A stretch of 64,000 nucleotides of DNA from Octopus sinensis. Its lineage: Eukaryota. The position numbers and the translations under genes were made by a program. Position 1 is the first letter of the stretch, and each line of letters begins with the position of its first letter. The notes beneath the pieces are model-generated. The model worked only from the letters and a program-made list of their open reading frames with translations. It searched no databases and was not told where the DNA came from. The stretch spans positions 78,864,001-78,928,000 of the forward strand of contig NC_043005.1 in NCBI RefSeq assembly GCF_006345805.1. The letters are read 5' to 3'. Of this stretch, positions 1 through 11,475 are shown one piece after another.

Positions 1-60
1 TGAACCTGAACCCATGTGGTTGGTAAGCAAGCTAAGAAAACAACAGCCACTCATGCGCCT
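1..60 (-). mobile_element. SINE family A, 5' tRNA-like head, cut by the window edge
   Basis: Reverse complement of the AGGCGCA..GTGGCTGT..GGTTCAG head shared with the fuller copies at 43968 and 48689. Confidence 0.75.
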
Positions 61-641
61 CCCTGAAAATTGCTGGCCTTGTGCCAAAATTTAAAATCAA
101 TATTTATCAGGTTTCTGAATTTGCTAGAATAATAGAATTAAATACATGTGACTGACGAAGTTATATATTAATGGTATGAATATACGATAAACGTATGTTA
201 TTGTTTGTAAAGCGCATTGTATTCTTTGGTATTCAGTCAGTGTTTTCACGAGTTACTTATTATTCAGTGATATAAGCTATTTGTAATATCTTCTATTATA
301 CAACTGGAATTAGTTATTATCAAATGAAGTTAGAAGTTACTTGAGGCAAATTTTCCGTGTTGAATAAATAACAGATGATATGAAAGTTATTAGGTTGTTG
401 TAATTGAACATGAATATCTCATTTCTGTATATTATTACGTAAGGAGGAATAATTTAGCGTTTTGGTTAATTAATTAATTTTGCATCATTAGCGTCGAAAT
501 CATATTGTATTATCTGATAAATAATATATTATTTAAGAACAAGGTATTATAGAGAATAACTTGCGAGGGCATAAAATATAAGTAGATATTAGTTAGTGGT
601 ATTCAATTAGAGAAATGAGTAAATATATGTAAGTATATATA

Positions 642-716
642 ATAGGTGCAGGAATGGGTATGTGATTAAAATGCTTGCTTTGCAAACACGTGATTTCGGG
701 TTCAGTCCCACTGCGA
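642..716 (+). mobile_element. SINE family A head fragment
   Basis: ATAGGTGCAGGAATGG...TTCGGGTTCAGTCCCACTGCG with A/B-box-like motifs. Confidence 0.65.
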
Positions 717-1093
717 AATATGTCAATACGATATAAAACAACAAATCTTGATCATTAAAGAGCAGGGATTACGATCGTAACTGTTGATGTAATACACATA
801 AGAATATGACGAAGTAGAATGAAATACTAACGCACATATGTAACAAGCTACCGGAGTTTCTGTCAAAAATATTCACTCATAAGGTGCCACGTTGTGAGAC
901 TCGCTACATGGATGCAAAACGAACCTTTTAGCCATGCAGGTATGTCTGTACCTTGAAAGAAATAGAAATTGCTAATTGGATCCAAAATAAGTGAAATCTG
1001 TGATCTTCAGTTATAACTGATGTTGACTGACCGATAAGAAATCGCATTTTCTTTCAAACGTTACAGCGATCGTGGAGTAAAGACTGGACTACA

Positions 1094-1488
1094 TCTTTTT
1101 TATATATAAAAGTGAGGTTGTGTGCTGTCTGTCTCCTACGATTTAGATTCCTAACTACTCCCACATTTTGCGGTGCAGTTTAACCAAAACCGGGTATCTT
1201 ATAGTCGTGATTCATATCGAGCCCTTCTGGGTATTAGCGCGCGTCTACGATGAGTCTACGATTTAAAAAAAAATTTAACCATCAATTTTTCCCATTTTAA
1301 TGCATTTTTGGCATATATAAGGGAAGTAACTCTCTAAAAATTTATTAAATCTCAGAACGTAAAAAGCTACAGTAACACCCCCCTTTGTGGTTAGCCATAT
1401 TGAGATGGCTATTATACTTTACATCTCTAAAAATGCTTATATAATTATTTCCCTTATAAACCCGAGCAACGCCGGGCGATACTGCTAG
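1094..1488 (+). mobile_element. Non-autonomous Helitron, 395 bp
   Basis: Starts TC after A (1093), then TATATATAAAAGTGAG. Subterminal hairpin CCCGAGCAACGCCGGG at 1461-1476. Ends CTAG (1485-1488) followed by T. A/T insertion site without TSD is the Helitron hallmark. Confidence 0.88.
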
Positions 1489-2157
1489 TAATATTTAAGA
1501 TTGTTTCGATTCTTGCTTATTTCCGAAGGCGAATTATGTTGTAAGTCTATAAATTTTGCTTCTAAATCAATGTTATTTTTAGAATTATTGAAAATGGAAA
1601 AGAGATGTAAATAGATGCAGAATGAAATGAAGAGAGAGAGCGTTAATAGCTGAAAACTAATTGGAAATGTTGTCACCTGCTCCGAGGTCATTCACAGAGA
1701 AAAGGAGAAAGAAACACCGCAGTAAATATTTTTTTACATTCTTTTCAAAGAAGAAAAATAGAACATAAAATGTAAAGATTTATCTTCTTTATTGTATATG
1801 TAGACGCAAGACAGTGAACTTCAATTACACAAAATTTATATATATAAAATGGCATGAAGCAGCACTGAATATAATTCATTCGAACAAAGTTGTATTTAAC
1901 GTGCTCGGTTGTATTCGAACATGGTAAGACCTTTCGCGCTGGAAATAATCCTCGGAGAAAATTCTCTTCCAAGACAACAATATAAAGAATTTGGCATTAG
2001 AAGGAATGATTATGCAATGCGTTTCCGTGCAGGATATATGAACTAAATTTTAAAAAAGAAAAGTCGACTGTGACTTCAAATTTTCTTCTTGCTGGTGACA
2101 ACGGCGAGCTGGCATATTGAGGTCACTGCCAGAATTTTCTTTGTAATACTTAATATG

Positions 2158-2330
2158 TATAAAGGCGCAGGTGTAACTACGTGGTTACAAAACCCACTCG
2201 GCAGCCACATGATATCAGGTGCAATCTCACTGCGCGTCGCATTGAGCAGGTATCTTCTACCATACCTCGGTACCAACCAAAGTCTCGAAAGTGAATTTCA
2301 TACGAGGGAACTATGTGGAAGCCTCTCGTG
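2158..2330 (+). mobile_element. Diverged SINE family A, 5' half
   Basis: AAAGGCGCAGGTGTAACTACGTGG... aligns by eye to the family A head and central domain. Confidence 0.55.
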
Positions 2331-2394
2331 TATATCTTTATCTACCTGTCTGTCTAGCTGTCTGTCACTGTCTGTATGTATGTATTCGTTTATG

Positions 2395-2610
2395 CTTTCG
2401 TTCTTTTTACTTGTTTTAGTAATTTGACTGCGGCCACGCTGGAGCACTGCCTTTAGTCGAACTAATCGACCTCAAGACTTATTCTGTGTAAGCCCGTTAC
2501 TTATTCTACGGTCTCTTTTGCCGAAACGCTAAGTTTCAGGGACGTATACACGCCTAGATTGCTTGTCAAGCGCTGGTGGTGGTGGTGGACAAACATAGAC
2601 ACACAAATAT
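2395..2610 (-). mobile_element. SINE family A, 3' half
   Basis: TTTTACTTGTTTTAGTAATTTGACTGCGGCCACGCTGGAGCAC...CTTTTGCCGAA...TTGTCAAGCG matches 48689-48860. Confidence 0.8.
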
Positions 2611-2622
2611 ATATATATATAT

Positions 2623-2683
2623 AGGCGGTGCTCCAGCATGGCCGCAGTCAAATGACTGAAACAAGTAAAAGAGTAAAAGAGTA
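2623..2683 (+). mobile_element. Isolated SINE family A 3' tail between (TA)n tracts
   Basis: GGCGGTGCTCCAGCATGGCCGCAGTCAAATGACTGAAACAAGTAAAAGAGTAAAAGAG. Confidence 0.8.
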
Positions 2684-3153
2684 TATATATATATATATAT
2701 TACAGATATAGGGTGAAAAATTTTTAACTTAATAAAATTAAGAAATTTCACCTAATATTTTTTCGGTGTGGAAAAGAACCATATTCGGTAAAAACTTATA
2801 GAAAAATTTATATTATATATAATTATAGCAATGAGGGTTTAGCAACAAGTTGCTTAAACACATACCGAAATTTTTAGAAATAGCAGCCAAAAGAATGCTA
2901 TTTCTTTTTTCTACAAAAATATGTCTCCACAGATAGCAATATCTGTAACTCACACACGGCAAAAAAGAAGAAAAATAATGAAATCAAACAGTCTTCGATT
3001 AATTATGGACGCGTTTCTGAATCAGAATTATAAGATTCATTTCCGTTACCAACATAATATTTCGATAATTATAAATCTGAAAATGCTAGGAAAACTTACC
3101 CCTTATATTTCTGACCAAGCGTGGTTAAGCTTACCCCTTATATTTCTGCCCAA

Positions 3154-3546
3154 GCACTATAATACAAAGAATGGGCTATAATAACTGTTGTAATTTAATG
3201 ATCGATAATGATCCATAGTCTGATATGATATTTCGGAATAAAAATTCCTTCTTCAGATACCCCTAGGAATTGATGGAGTCGTTGGCTGCTATAATCGGTT
3301 TTACAATGGCGTTTATTGTTTCTTTTTTGTAAGTCCGTTACTTATTCTACCGGTGTCTTTTGCCGAACCGCGAAGTTTCGGGGGCTTAAACACACCTAGA
3401 TTGCTTGTCAAGCGATTATAGCAGCCAGCGACTCCATCAATTCCTAGGGGTAACTGAAGAAGGAATTTTTATTCCGAAATATCATATCAGACTATGGATC
3501 ATTAAATTACAACAGTTATTATAGTCCATTCTTTGTATTATAGTGC
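3154..3546. repeat. Inverted duplication: arms 3154-3297 and 3413-3546, 115-bp spacer
   Basis: Arms are reverse complements apart from 3 substitutions and a 10-nt tandem duplication in the left arm. Confidence 0.95.
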
Positions 3547-3604
3547 ATTGTTGTGTCATTCAAAACATTTTATTATTTACAAACAATACACAATGCTTCA
3601 AGCG

Positions 3605-3649
<45 letters not shown>

Positions 3650-3652
<3 letters not shown>

Positions 3653-3870
3653 TCTTTCAGTATGTGACCTCGTCTGTACCACTAGCGATTTTTTCCCCTG
3701 TCTTCCCTTCTCGGGATCTTTCCTTCTCCTATGTTTCCGACGAAGAGCTCCGCTCGAAACGTCAAATCCTCCTTCTTCCCTTCTTTCCTGAGCGTCCAAT
3801 AATACTTTATTTGTTCCACGTCCTTGCGTTGTTGTGTTTTTTTGTTTTTGTTTTCTTGTTTGGATTAACT
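3650..3870 (+). mobile_element. Short (TA)n-flanked element, probably Penelope-derived, with a minimal hammerhead-like motif at 3733-3767
   Basis: GTTT-CCGACGA-A-GAGC(TCC)GCTC-GAAACGTC-AAAT; (TA)n on both sides; shares downstream TTCCTGAGCGT..AATAC with the 11194 element. Confidence 0.55.
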
Positions 3871-3944
3871 TTATATATATATATATATTATATATATATA
3901 TATATTATATATATATATATATTATATATATATATATATTATAT

Positions 3945-4005
<61 letters not shown>
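3871..4005. repeat. (TA)n microsatellite
   Basis: Interrupted TA run. Confidence 0.95.
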
Positions 4006-4007
<2 letters not shown>

Positions 4008-4489
4008 GATATGCCACTACTTGAATGGACCGTTATACCACATAACTTGACTTTAAAAAGGATTTAGATACTCCTAATTCTATCAGGTGATGCTGTTAAG
4101 TTAGACATGACCTGGACCAATCTTTGGTCGAAACATATCTAAGTTGTATCTAAGTTTTATATATATACACGTGTGTGTGTTTGTGTGTATACATGTATAT
4201 ATTAGATAGGTTGATAGATAGATTGAATAGATAGGTGGGTAGATAGATATAGATATAGGCATATTTGTATAAATATTTACACACACATATAGGTGAATAT
4301 TCATATGGTCATATATATTATATATATTTATCTATACATATTTAAATGTGTGTGTATATGTGTATATATATTTGTAAATATATAGCTAAAAATGAGAGAG
4401 GAAGGAGAGACGGAAAGCGACCGATAGCGATTCGCATGGTCGCATAGGCAACTGGCTACGCGATTTTGCTCACAATATACTACTTTTCT

Positions 4490-4509
4490 TTTATCTATCT
4501 ATCTATCTG

Positions 4510-4560
<51 letters not shown>

Positions 4561-4569
4561 GTCTATCTG

Positions 4570-4637
<68 letters not shown>
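4490..4637. repeat. (TATC)n microsatellite
   Basis: Direct reading. Confidence 0.95.
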
Positions 4638-4858
4638 GTGGTCATACAATTGACGCGCAAGATAAAAAAATAATGGTGGAAACCGAGAGTAGACAAAATG
4701 AGAAGAAAAATTAAAGCAAAGCGCATAGAGTCAAAAGCAGAAAGAGCAGGGAAGGGGAGGGTAAGAGAAAGAGGAGGAGGAGTTTATAACGAAAGGAGGT
4801 TATTTGTTTATAAGTACGGGATTATGTCTTCGTCAATATTTGACGCTAATGGTGTCCC

Positions 4859-4917
<59 letters not shown>

Positions 4918-5284
4918 ATCATAAAATATAACACCACCATCGCCACCAACAAAAACAACAACGAAAACAACAGGATCAAGGAAGAATAGCTACAACAACA
5001 ATTACACAAGGACACAATAGTAGGATAGGAGGTGGTAGCAAACAAGCCTCTTTTACGGCAACAAAACACCAGCAACAATAAAGTAACAGAAGGCGAACAA
5101 TTAAGAATACAATAAAAGTATATGACAGCAGCGTTTATTGAGAAAACAAGCTTCTGTAGGCCACCATAAAAACTAAAGGAAACAAACAGCCAACAAAAGT
5201 TAGTAAACATGCCATAAAATAAAAACTAACAAATGGAAAAATCACGACGGTGAAAGCATAAAGGAGCACTTAAACAGCTAAAAC

Positions 5285-5384
5285 ATTACTCATAAACACG
5301 CATATATATCACGTGCACATACATACATACATACATACATACATACATACATACATACATACATACGTACATGTATATATATAT

Positions 5385-5418
<34 letters not shown>

Positions 5419-5481
5419 CATGCATACATGCATGCATGAATGCATACACTCATACATATGTTCTGATGTATATATATATTG

Positions 5482-5517
<36 letters not shown>

Positions 5518-5761
5518 CATTTATACACCCAGATATTTTCATATACGCACAAATGTATGTATACATCCATATTTGTCGCTCTCACTCTCCCGTCTCTCTC
5601 GCTATATATGTGTGTATATATATATGTGTATATATTATATATATATATATTGATAGATAGATATATGTATGTATATATATATGTATGGATGTATATATAT
5701 ATAATTATATATATATACATACACATATACACGCACATATATATGCATATATATACATATA

Positions 5762-5820
<59 letters not shown>

Positions 5821-5825
5821 GGTAT
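5285..5825. repeat. Compound (CATA)n/(TA)n low-complexity tract
   Basis: Direct reading; source of the Y/I/M-rich ORFs. Confidence 0.9.
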
Positions 5826-5829
5826 AAAA

Positions 5830-5945
5830 TTATATATAAAGAAACAAGAACGTGAAATACACAAAGGGACGAAACCAGAAAACAGACGGGTCATTCGAAG
5901 CCTTTAATCTTCAGTCAGAAACCGGACCATCATAGCAAATTTCGG

Positions 5946-5950
<5 letters not shown>
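5830..5950 (-). mobile_element. Short (TA)n-flanked repeat, homologous to 61410-61530
   Basis: GCCGAAATTTGCTATGATG...CTGACTGAAGATT..AGGCTTCGAATGA shared with 61440-61525. Confidence 0.65.
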
Positions 5951-5979
<29 letters not shown>

Positions 5980-6307
5980 GCACATTGTCAGATAGACATG
6001 CATATATGCGTATGTATGTTTTTGCATATATGATTGCGTGCGTTTATGTATGTGTGTGCACGCACACACACATACATGTCATATTCTTTCTGTATATGGA
6101 CGCACAGGCTGCCATGCGCGTGCACACACACAAACGCCTCCCCCCACAAACCATCTCTCTCTTTCTCTTCCTCTCTCTCTCTCTCCTTCCATCCTTGTTC
6201 TCTGTCTCTCATGTCTAAATGCGTATAATCTTGTGAATTGGCAAATAAACCAGTTTGTACACAAAAGAAACAATATTTATAAGAGCCGCTAATAATCTTA
6301 ATGTTAG

Positions 6308-6800
6308 CCCCCACCACCTACAATCCCACTCTATCCCCTTCCCCTTCACCATCACCATTACCACCACCACTACCACTACCGAATCCACCACCATCATCAT
6401 CATCATCACTACCATCACCACCACCGTCACCACTATTGCCACCGCCACCAACACCATTACCACTGTCACCAGCACCACCAGTGCCACTACCAGCACCACT
6501 ACCACCAACACCAATACCAAAACAACTGCCATCGCCACCACTACCACAATTGCCACCACTACCACCACCACCACCACCACCATTACCACCTCTACCAGCA
6601 GCACCGATACCACCTACCACTACCACCTCTACCAGCACCACCACTACCACCCACCACTACGACCACCACCACCGTTACCACCGCTACCAGCACCACCAAC
6701 AACAACAATATAAACTGCCACCACTGCCGTCCCACCACCACCACCACCACCACCACCACCACCACCACTACCACTACCATTACTACTACTACTACTACTG

Positions 6801-6830
<30 letters not shown>
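6308..6830. repeat. Compound (ACC)n/(CAT)n/(ACT)n trinucleotide tract
   Basis: Direct reading; gives the spurious poly-P/T/V/G ORFs. Confidence 0.92.
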
Positions 6831-6833
<3 letters not shown>

Positions 6834-7194
6834 AAACTGGTGCATTATTACTTTGACCAGAGTACTTTGAAAATATAAAGAAGCGGGAAAATTAGAAAAT
6901 GAGAAAATATGGCAGTTTGCTCTTCAGGAAGACGTCATTGGCGTAAAAGAATTGGAATCTGACAGAAATGTTGAGTGGACATCGGACGAACATTTTATTC
7001 GTTGGCATTCTCCATCATTTCAACACCAGCGTATGTCCTTGTGTTATATATAACGTGGTCATTAACCAGGTCGTTGTTTAGAGCAACGAAAATTTTAAAC
7101 ACGCATACACGCACGCTCAAACACACACACATCGCACACACATATACACACACACACACACATATAGATAGAAAGATGAATAAACACACAGAGC

Positions 7195-7380
7195 TAGCTA
7201 GCTAGACATAGATAGATAGATAGCTAGGCAGATAGATAGACAGATAGATAGATAAATAGATACATATATACATACATACATACATACTTACATATATATA
7301 TACGTACATACATGCATAATACATACATACATAAATACATACATAGACAGACAAAGACCTAGCTAGATAGCTAGATAAGT

Positions 7381-7416
<36 letters not shown>

Positions 7417-7454
7417 AATATAATATATATATATATATATATTATATAGATAGA

Positions 7455-7497
<43 letters not shown>

Positions 7498-7523
7498 TCA
7501 GACAAACAGATAAACAGACAGAC

Positions 7524-7598
<75 letters not shown>

Positions 7599-7625
7599 CA
7601 GCCAGACAGACACAGACACACAAAT
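7195..7625. repeat. Compound (GATA)n/(CATA)n/(TA)n/(GACA)n tract
   Basis: Direct reading. Confidence 0.92.
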
Positions 7626-7959
7626 AGACAGATAAATAATTAAATAAATATTCAGAGATAAATATAAACCTTATTCCAGAACATAACGCGCCGCCCAGTA
7701 ATGGAAGCGAACTCAGGAACACACTACGCCCAGGGCCCACTTAAGTCATATGCAGACTGGACAGTTGCTCAGAGGTCTCACGGCTGTAGAGGCCCAACTC
7801 AGATTGATGCATATCGTGGTTTGTTCTCAATAAAGAATACTAAAGGGTCAGTGCAATGGGCATAAAGCTGCTAAATCTTCTCTGACTATGCCGCGTGACT
7901 TCAAACAGCCCCACTCACTCCCCCACAAACACACATGAGTGTCACTCTAATTATGTTTC

Positions 7960-8190
7960 TTATTTCTTTACTGCCCATAAAGGGCTACACACAGAGGGGA
8001 AAAACAAGGACAGGCAAACGGATTAAGTCGATTGTATCGACCCCAGTGCGTAACTGGTACATATTTAATCGACCCCGAAAAGATGAAAGGCAAAGTCGAC
8101 ATCGGCGGAATTTGAACTCAGAACGTAGCGGCAGACGAAATACTGCTACACATTTCGCCCGGTGTGCTAACGTTTCTGCAAGCTTGCAAC
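7960..8190 (-). mobile_element. SINE family B, near full length
   Basis: Reverse complement of the 9702-9931 copy; B-box GAGTTCAAATTCC. Confidence 0.9.
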
Positions 8191-8364
8191 CCTAATTATG
8201 TTTCTGTACGTGGAGTGGGTGGGCACAGGTGAAGGCCTAGCGTTAAAGGTTTGGAGCTCACGATTATTATATCATGGTTTTTTATTATCAGGCATTGTGT
8301 TCTTAAATGAATGAAATTTATTTCACATTAATCCTGTACACTGCGTTGAAAAATATATACTTAC

Positions 8365-8544
8365 TATTGGCGGCACTCATCCGGGTTGATTTGAGCCGAC
8401 TCCGACGAACGAATTCACCACATCGCTCACAAATGCTGATATCGTCCGACAGTCGGCCGCACTCGATGTTGCAACCGTGGACAGCACGGACACTAACCGT
8501 AGTCGTCATTCATTCTTGAGATCTAGCATTCATGTTTGGAGTGT
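8365..8544 (-). other. Candidate spliced exon, 180 nt, probably 5'-UTR plus start of coding or non-coding
   Basis: Minus strand acceptor TATTTATTTTCAACAG| and donor |GTAAGT bracket a CpG-rich island in AT-rich flanks. One frame is open from ATG 8509 to the donor; all frames have stops near the 5' end. Confidence 0.45.
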
Positions 8545-8714
8545 CTGTTGAAAATAAATACAAGTGGCACATAAAAGTTAGCCCTTCGGTAGACAGGCAC
8601 ATTATTGACTAAGGATTAGTTAACTTTCAGTCTAAAAGGTTTGAAAATACTCGAAATATGCACACCCCACCCCCGTAGAGAGGCTGTAATTTCGGAGATA
8701 TAAATCTGTGTGTA

Positions 8715-8905
8715 TAATGCGGCGAACTTGCAGAATCGTTAGCACGCCAGGCGAAATGGTATTAAGCATTTCGTCGGCCGCTACGTTCTGAGTTCAAATT
8801 TCGCTGAGGTCGACTTTTCCTTTTATCCTTTCTGGGTAGATAAATTAGGTACCAGTTGAGAACTGGGCTCGATGTGATCGACTAGACCCCTCTCTACTAA
8901 TTTCA
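8715..8905 (+). mobile_element. SINE family B
   Basis: GCGGCGAACTTGCAGAATCGTTAGCACGCC...GAGTTCAAATTTCGCTGAGGTCGAC. Confidence 0.85.
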
Positions 8906-8981
8906 TACCTCATACTTAGAGTAGAAAAGATTTATGTGCATGCTTGTATGTGTGTATGTATGCACGCAAGAACGTGCGTAC

Positions 8982-9027
<46 letters not shown>

Positions 9028-9241
9028 TTGTGGTGTGTGTGTGTGTGGCATACACATCTATGACGTATGAGCAGAATACAGGTAATGTGACGGAATGTGG
9101 TCATATGTTCACAAGGAAACTTCTAAATCCCTCTTAAATATTGCATTTTTAATCAAATAAAATTAATTCTGTGCACCCGCCATTTAACGTTTTCATAAGT
9201 TTTGATTTAACATTAAAACAGACAATAATATATGTGCATAG

Positions 9242-9450
9242 CAAGGCGGTGACCTAGCAGAATCGTTTCCGGGGGTCAATTAAAATGCTTACCGACAGTA
9301 CTTTCTGATTTGAAATGACGCCGAGATCGGCTTTGCCTTTTATACTTTCGGGCGTCGATAAAGTAAGTACCAGTTGAACATTACGTCCGATGTAATCGAC
9401 TTACTCCCTCTGCCAAGATTGCTGGCCTTGTGCCAGTTTTTGAAACAATT
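9242..9450 (+). mobile_element. SINE family B, diverged
   Basis: AAGGCGGTGACCTAGCAGAATCG...GTACCAGTTGAAC...GGCCTTGTGCC. Confidence 0.75.
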
Positions 9451-9701
9451 ATATGTGCACAGTGCTTTTTAATCCATTTCCCTAAGTTTTCCCCAAATGT
9501 CCGTGCTTGTTTTCAAACTTCTCGTTAGCCTTTCCTTCATACATTCTGAGTAATATGAAGGTTTTGTTTCGTATCTCCTATGTTACTGTGGTGTTTGAAA
9601 AACATTGCGAATTTGCATTGTATATGATGCCTGGACTCTGGGGAAAAGTATCCTGTGTGTTAATGGGATATACCGGACAAAGGGTTAAATGTTTGAAATG
9701 T

Positions 9702-9931
9702 AAGGCGGCGAGCTGGCAGAAACGTTAGCACGCCGGGAGAAATGCTTAGCGGTATTTCGTCTGCCGTTACATTCTGAGTTCAAATTCCGCCGAGGTCGAC
9801 TTTGCCTTTCATCCTTTCGGGGTCGATTAAATAAGTACCAGTTACGTACTGGGGTCGATCTAATCGACTTAATCCGTTTGTCTGTCCTTGTTTGTCCTCT
9901 CTGTGTTTAGCCCCTTGTGGGTAGTAAAAGA
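9702..9931 (+). mobile_element. SINE family B, well-conserved full copy
   Basis: AAGGCGGCGAGCTGGCAGAAACGTTAGC head, B box GAGTTCAAATTCC, near-identical to 17358-17593. Confidence 0.92.
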
Positions 9932-9944
9932 TTTAATAACCGTT

Positions 9945-10330
9945 AGCAGCATTTTGTCCGTCATTGTTCCACGTTCAAATTAGCCAAGATCGATTTTGCT
10001 TTTCGTCTTCTGAGGTTGATGAAGTATGTACTTGTCGAATATTGGGTCCGATGTGATCGATTAGACCCCACGCCAAAATCTCAGACCCTATCCCTCTAGA
10101 AGAAAATATTACATTATTCCTCGAAGGCAGTGTGGTGGCAGAGTCACTAGCATGTAGGACGAAATACTTGACAGTATTTCCCCCGGTTTTAGGTTCTAGA
10201 TTAAAATTTCGTTCAAACTACTTTCACCATTTTCGGAGCGATAGAATAAACACCAGTTGAGCACTGGAATCCATGTAATTGACTAGGTCTCCTCCTCCAA
10301 AATTCCTGCCTACAATAGAAAGAATTATAT
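9945..10330 (+). mobile_element. Two further diverged SINE family B copies in tandem
   Basis: GTTCAAATTAGCCAAGATCG... at ~9975 and GAAGGCAGTGTGGTGGCAGAGTC... at ~10122. Confidence 0.65.
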
Positions 10331-10707
10331 TTGCGGTCATTAGATTTTACTACCTTGCAAGCTATAGATAATTAAAAACAATAAAGCGTCGGATAAAAAA
10401 AAAGTGCAGTGGTCATTATACGCTTCTTTCTATTTCCCGTTTAAATCGCATTGGTTTATTTGAATATGCTGCGCCTAGCCCTGCCTTGTTTAATTGTAGC
10501 AATGATTTTGATGTGCGAACCAGGATGGCCTTGTATTGATGTTAGAAATAATTATTATAACCGCCTTCAGATGAGCGAATTAGCGGAACTGTTTTAACAC
10601 CGGACATAAACGGGTGTTTGGTGTTAATTTCTTTCTTCTAAAACCCGAAATCAAATATTAACAATAGCGACTTTGCCATTTGCTCAACCCGGGACAGTGT
10701 TTTAACC

Positions 10708-10748
<41 letters not shown>

Positions 10749-11089
10749 GAGAGAGAGAGAGGGGGTGGAATTCCAGTTGTTAGATTATATGAGGTGTAAG
10801 AATTTAGTGGCGGCATTTTGCATTGCATAGCATATTTCTAAATATATAACGGAAGGTATGATTTTTAATTGAGAATCTCACTAAATTAGAGCAGGAGATA
10901 CCGATATAATGATAAAGAAAATGAGGAAAATAAGTGCGAACAGAGAAATAAAGTAACGAGGGGAAAAGTATTAAACAGGCTATGAAACTGTGTTAAAATC
11001 ATAGAAACGTTTTCAGCGAGGGATCCAAATAACGAACGACGGAGAAATTGACGGACGGAGGGGAAAAAGAAACACAGAGTGGACATTAG

Positions 11090-11330
11090 AGATGACAAGA
11101 GACACAACTAAAAGAAATACAGTAAAAAAACATTCGTTAGCTCCTACACGCATTTTTTCTCTCCTTGTTTCTCTCCTTGTTTTTTTCTGTGTATCTTTCT
11201 GTCGAAAAGCGTAGGCTCGAAACGTAAAAGATTTTTTTCTATTCCTGAGCGTTATACTAATACATTTGTTTGTTTGTACTCCACCTGCCTTCGTCTTTTG
11301 TTTATTTTCGTAAACTTTCCCTTTACATTC
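11090..11330 (+). mobile_element. Short T-rich element with a minimal hammerhead-like motif at 11194-11231
   Basis: TCTTT-CTGTCGA-A-AAGC(GTAG)GCTC-GAAACGTA-AAAGA; abuts a (CATA)n tract. Confidence 0.5.
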
Positions 11331-11475
11331 ATACATACATGCATGCATACATGCATGCATACATGCATACATGCATGCATACATACATACATACATACAT
11401 ACATACATACATACATACATACATACATACATACATACATACATACATACGTACGTACGTACGTACGTACGTACA
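11330..11475. repeat. (CATG)n/(CATA)n/(CGTA)n tract
   Basis: Direct reading. Confidence 0.95.

Noticed and set aside
6215-6870. Long P/T/V/G-rich ORFs (up to 189 aa) resembling formin or mucin
   Set aside because: They are translations of an (ACC)n/(ACT)n microsatellite, open in several frames, with no flanking complex coding sequence.
6935-6975. Minus-strand CTGAAGA-GCA(AAC)TGC resembling a hammerhead half
   Set aside because: No GAAA or NUH follows and helix I does not pair.
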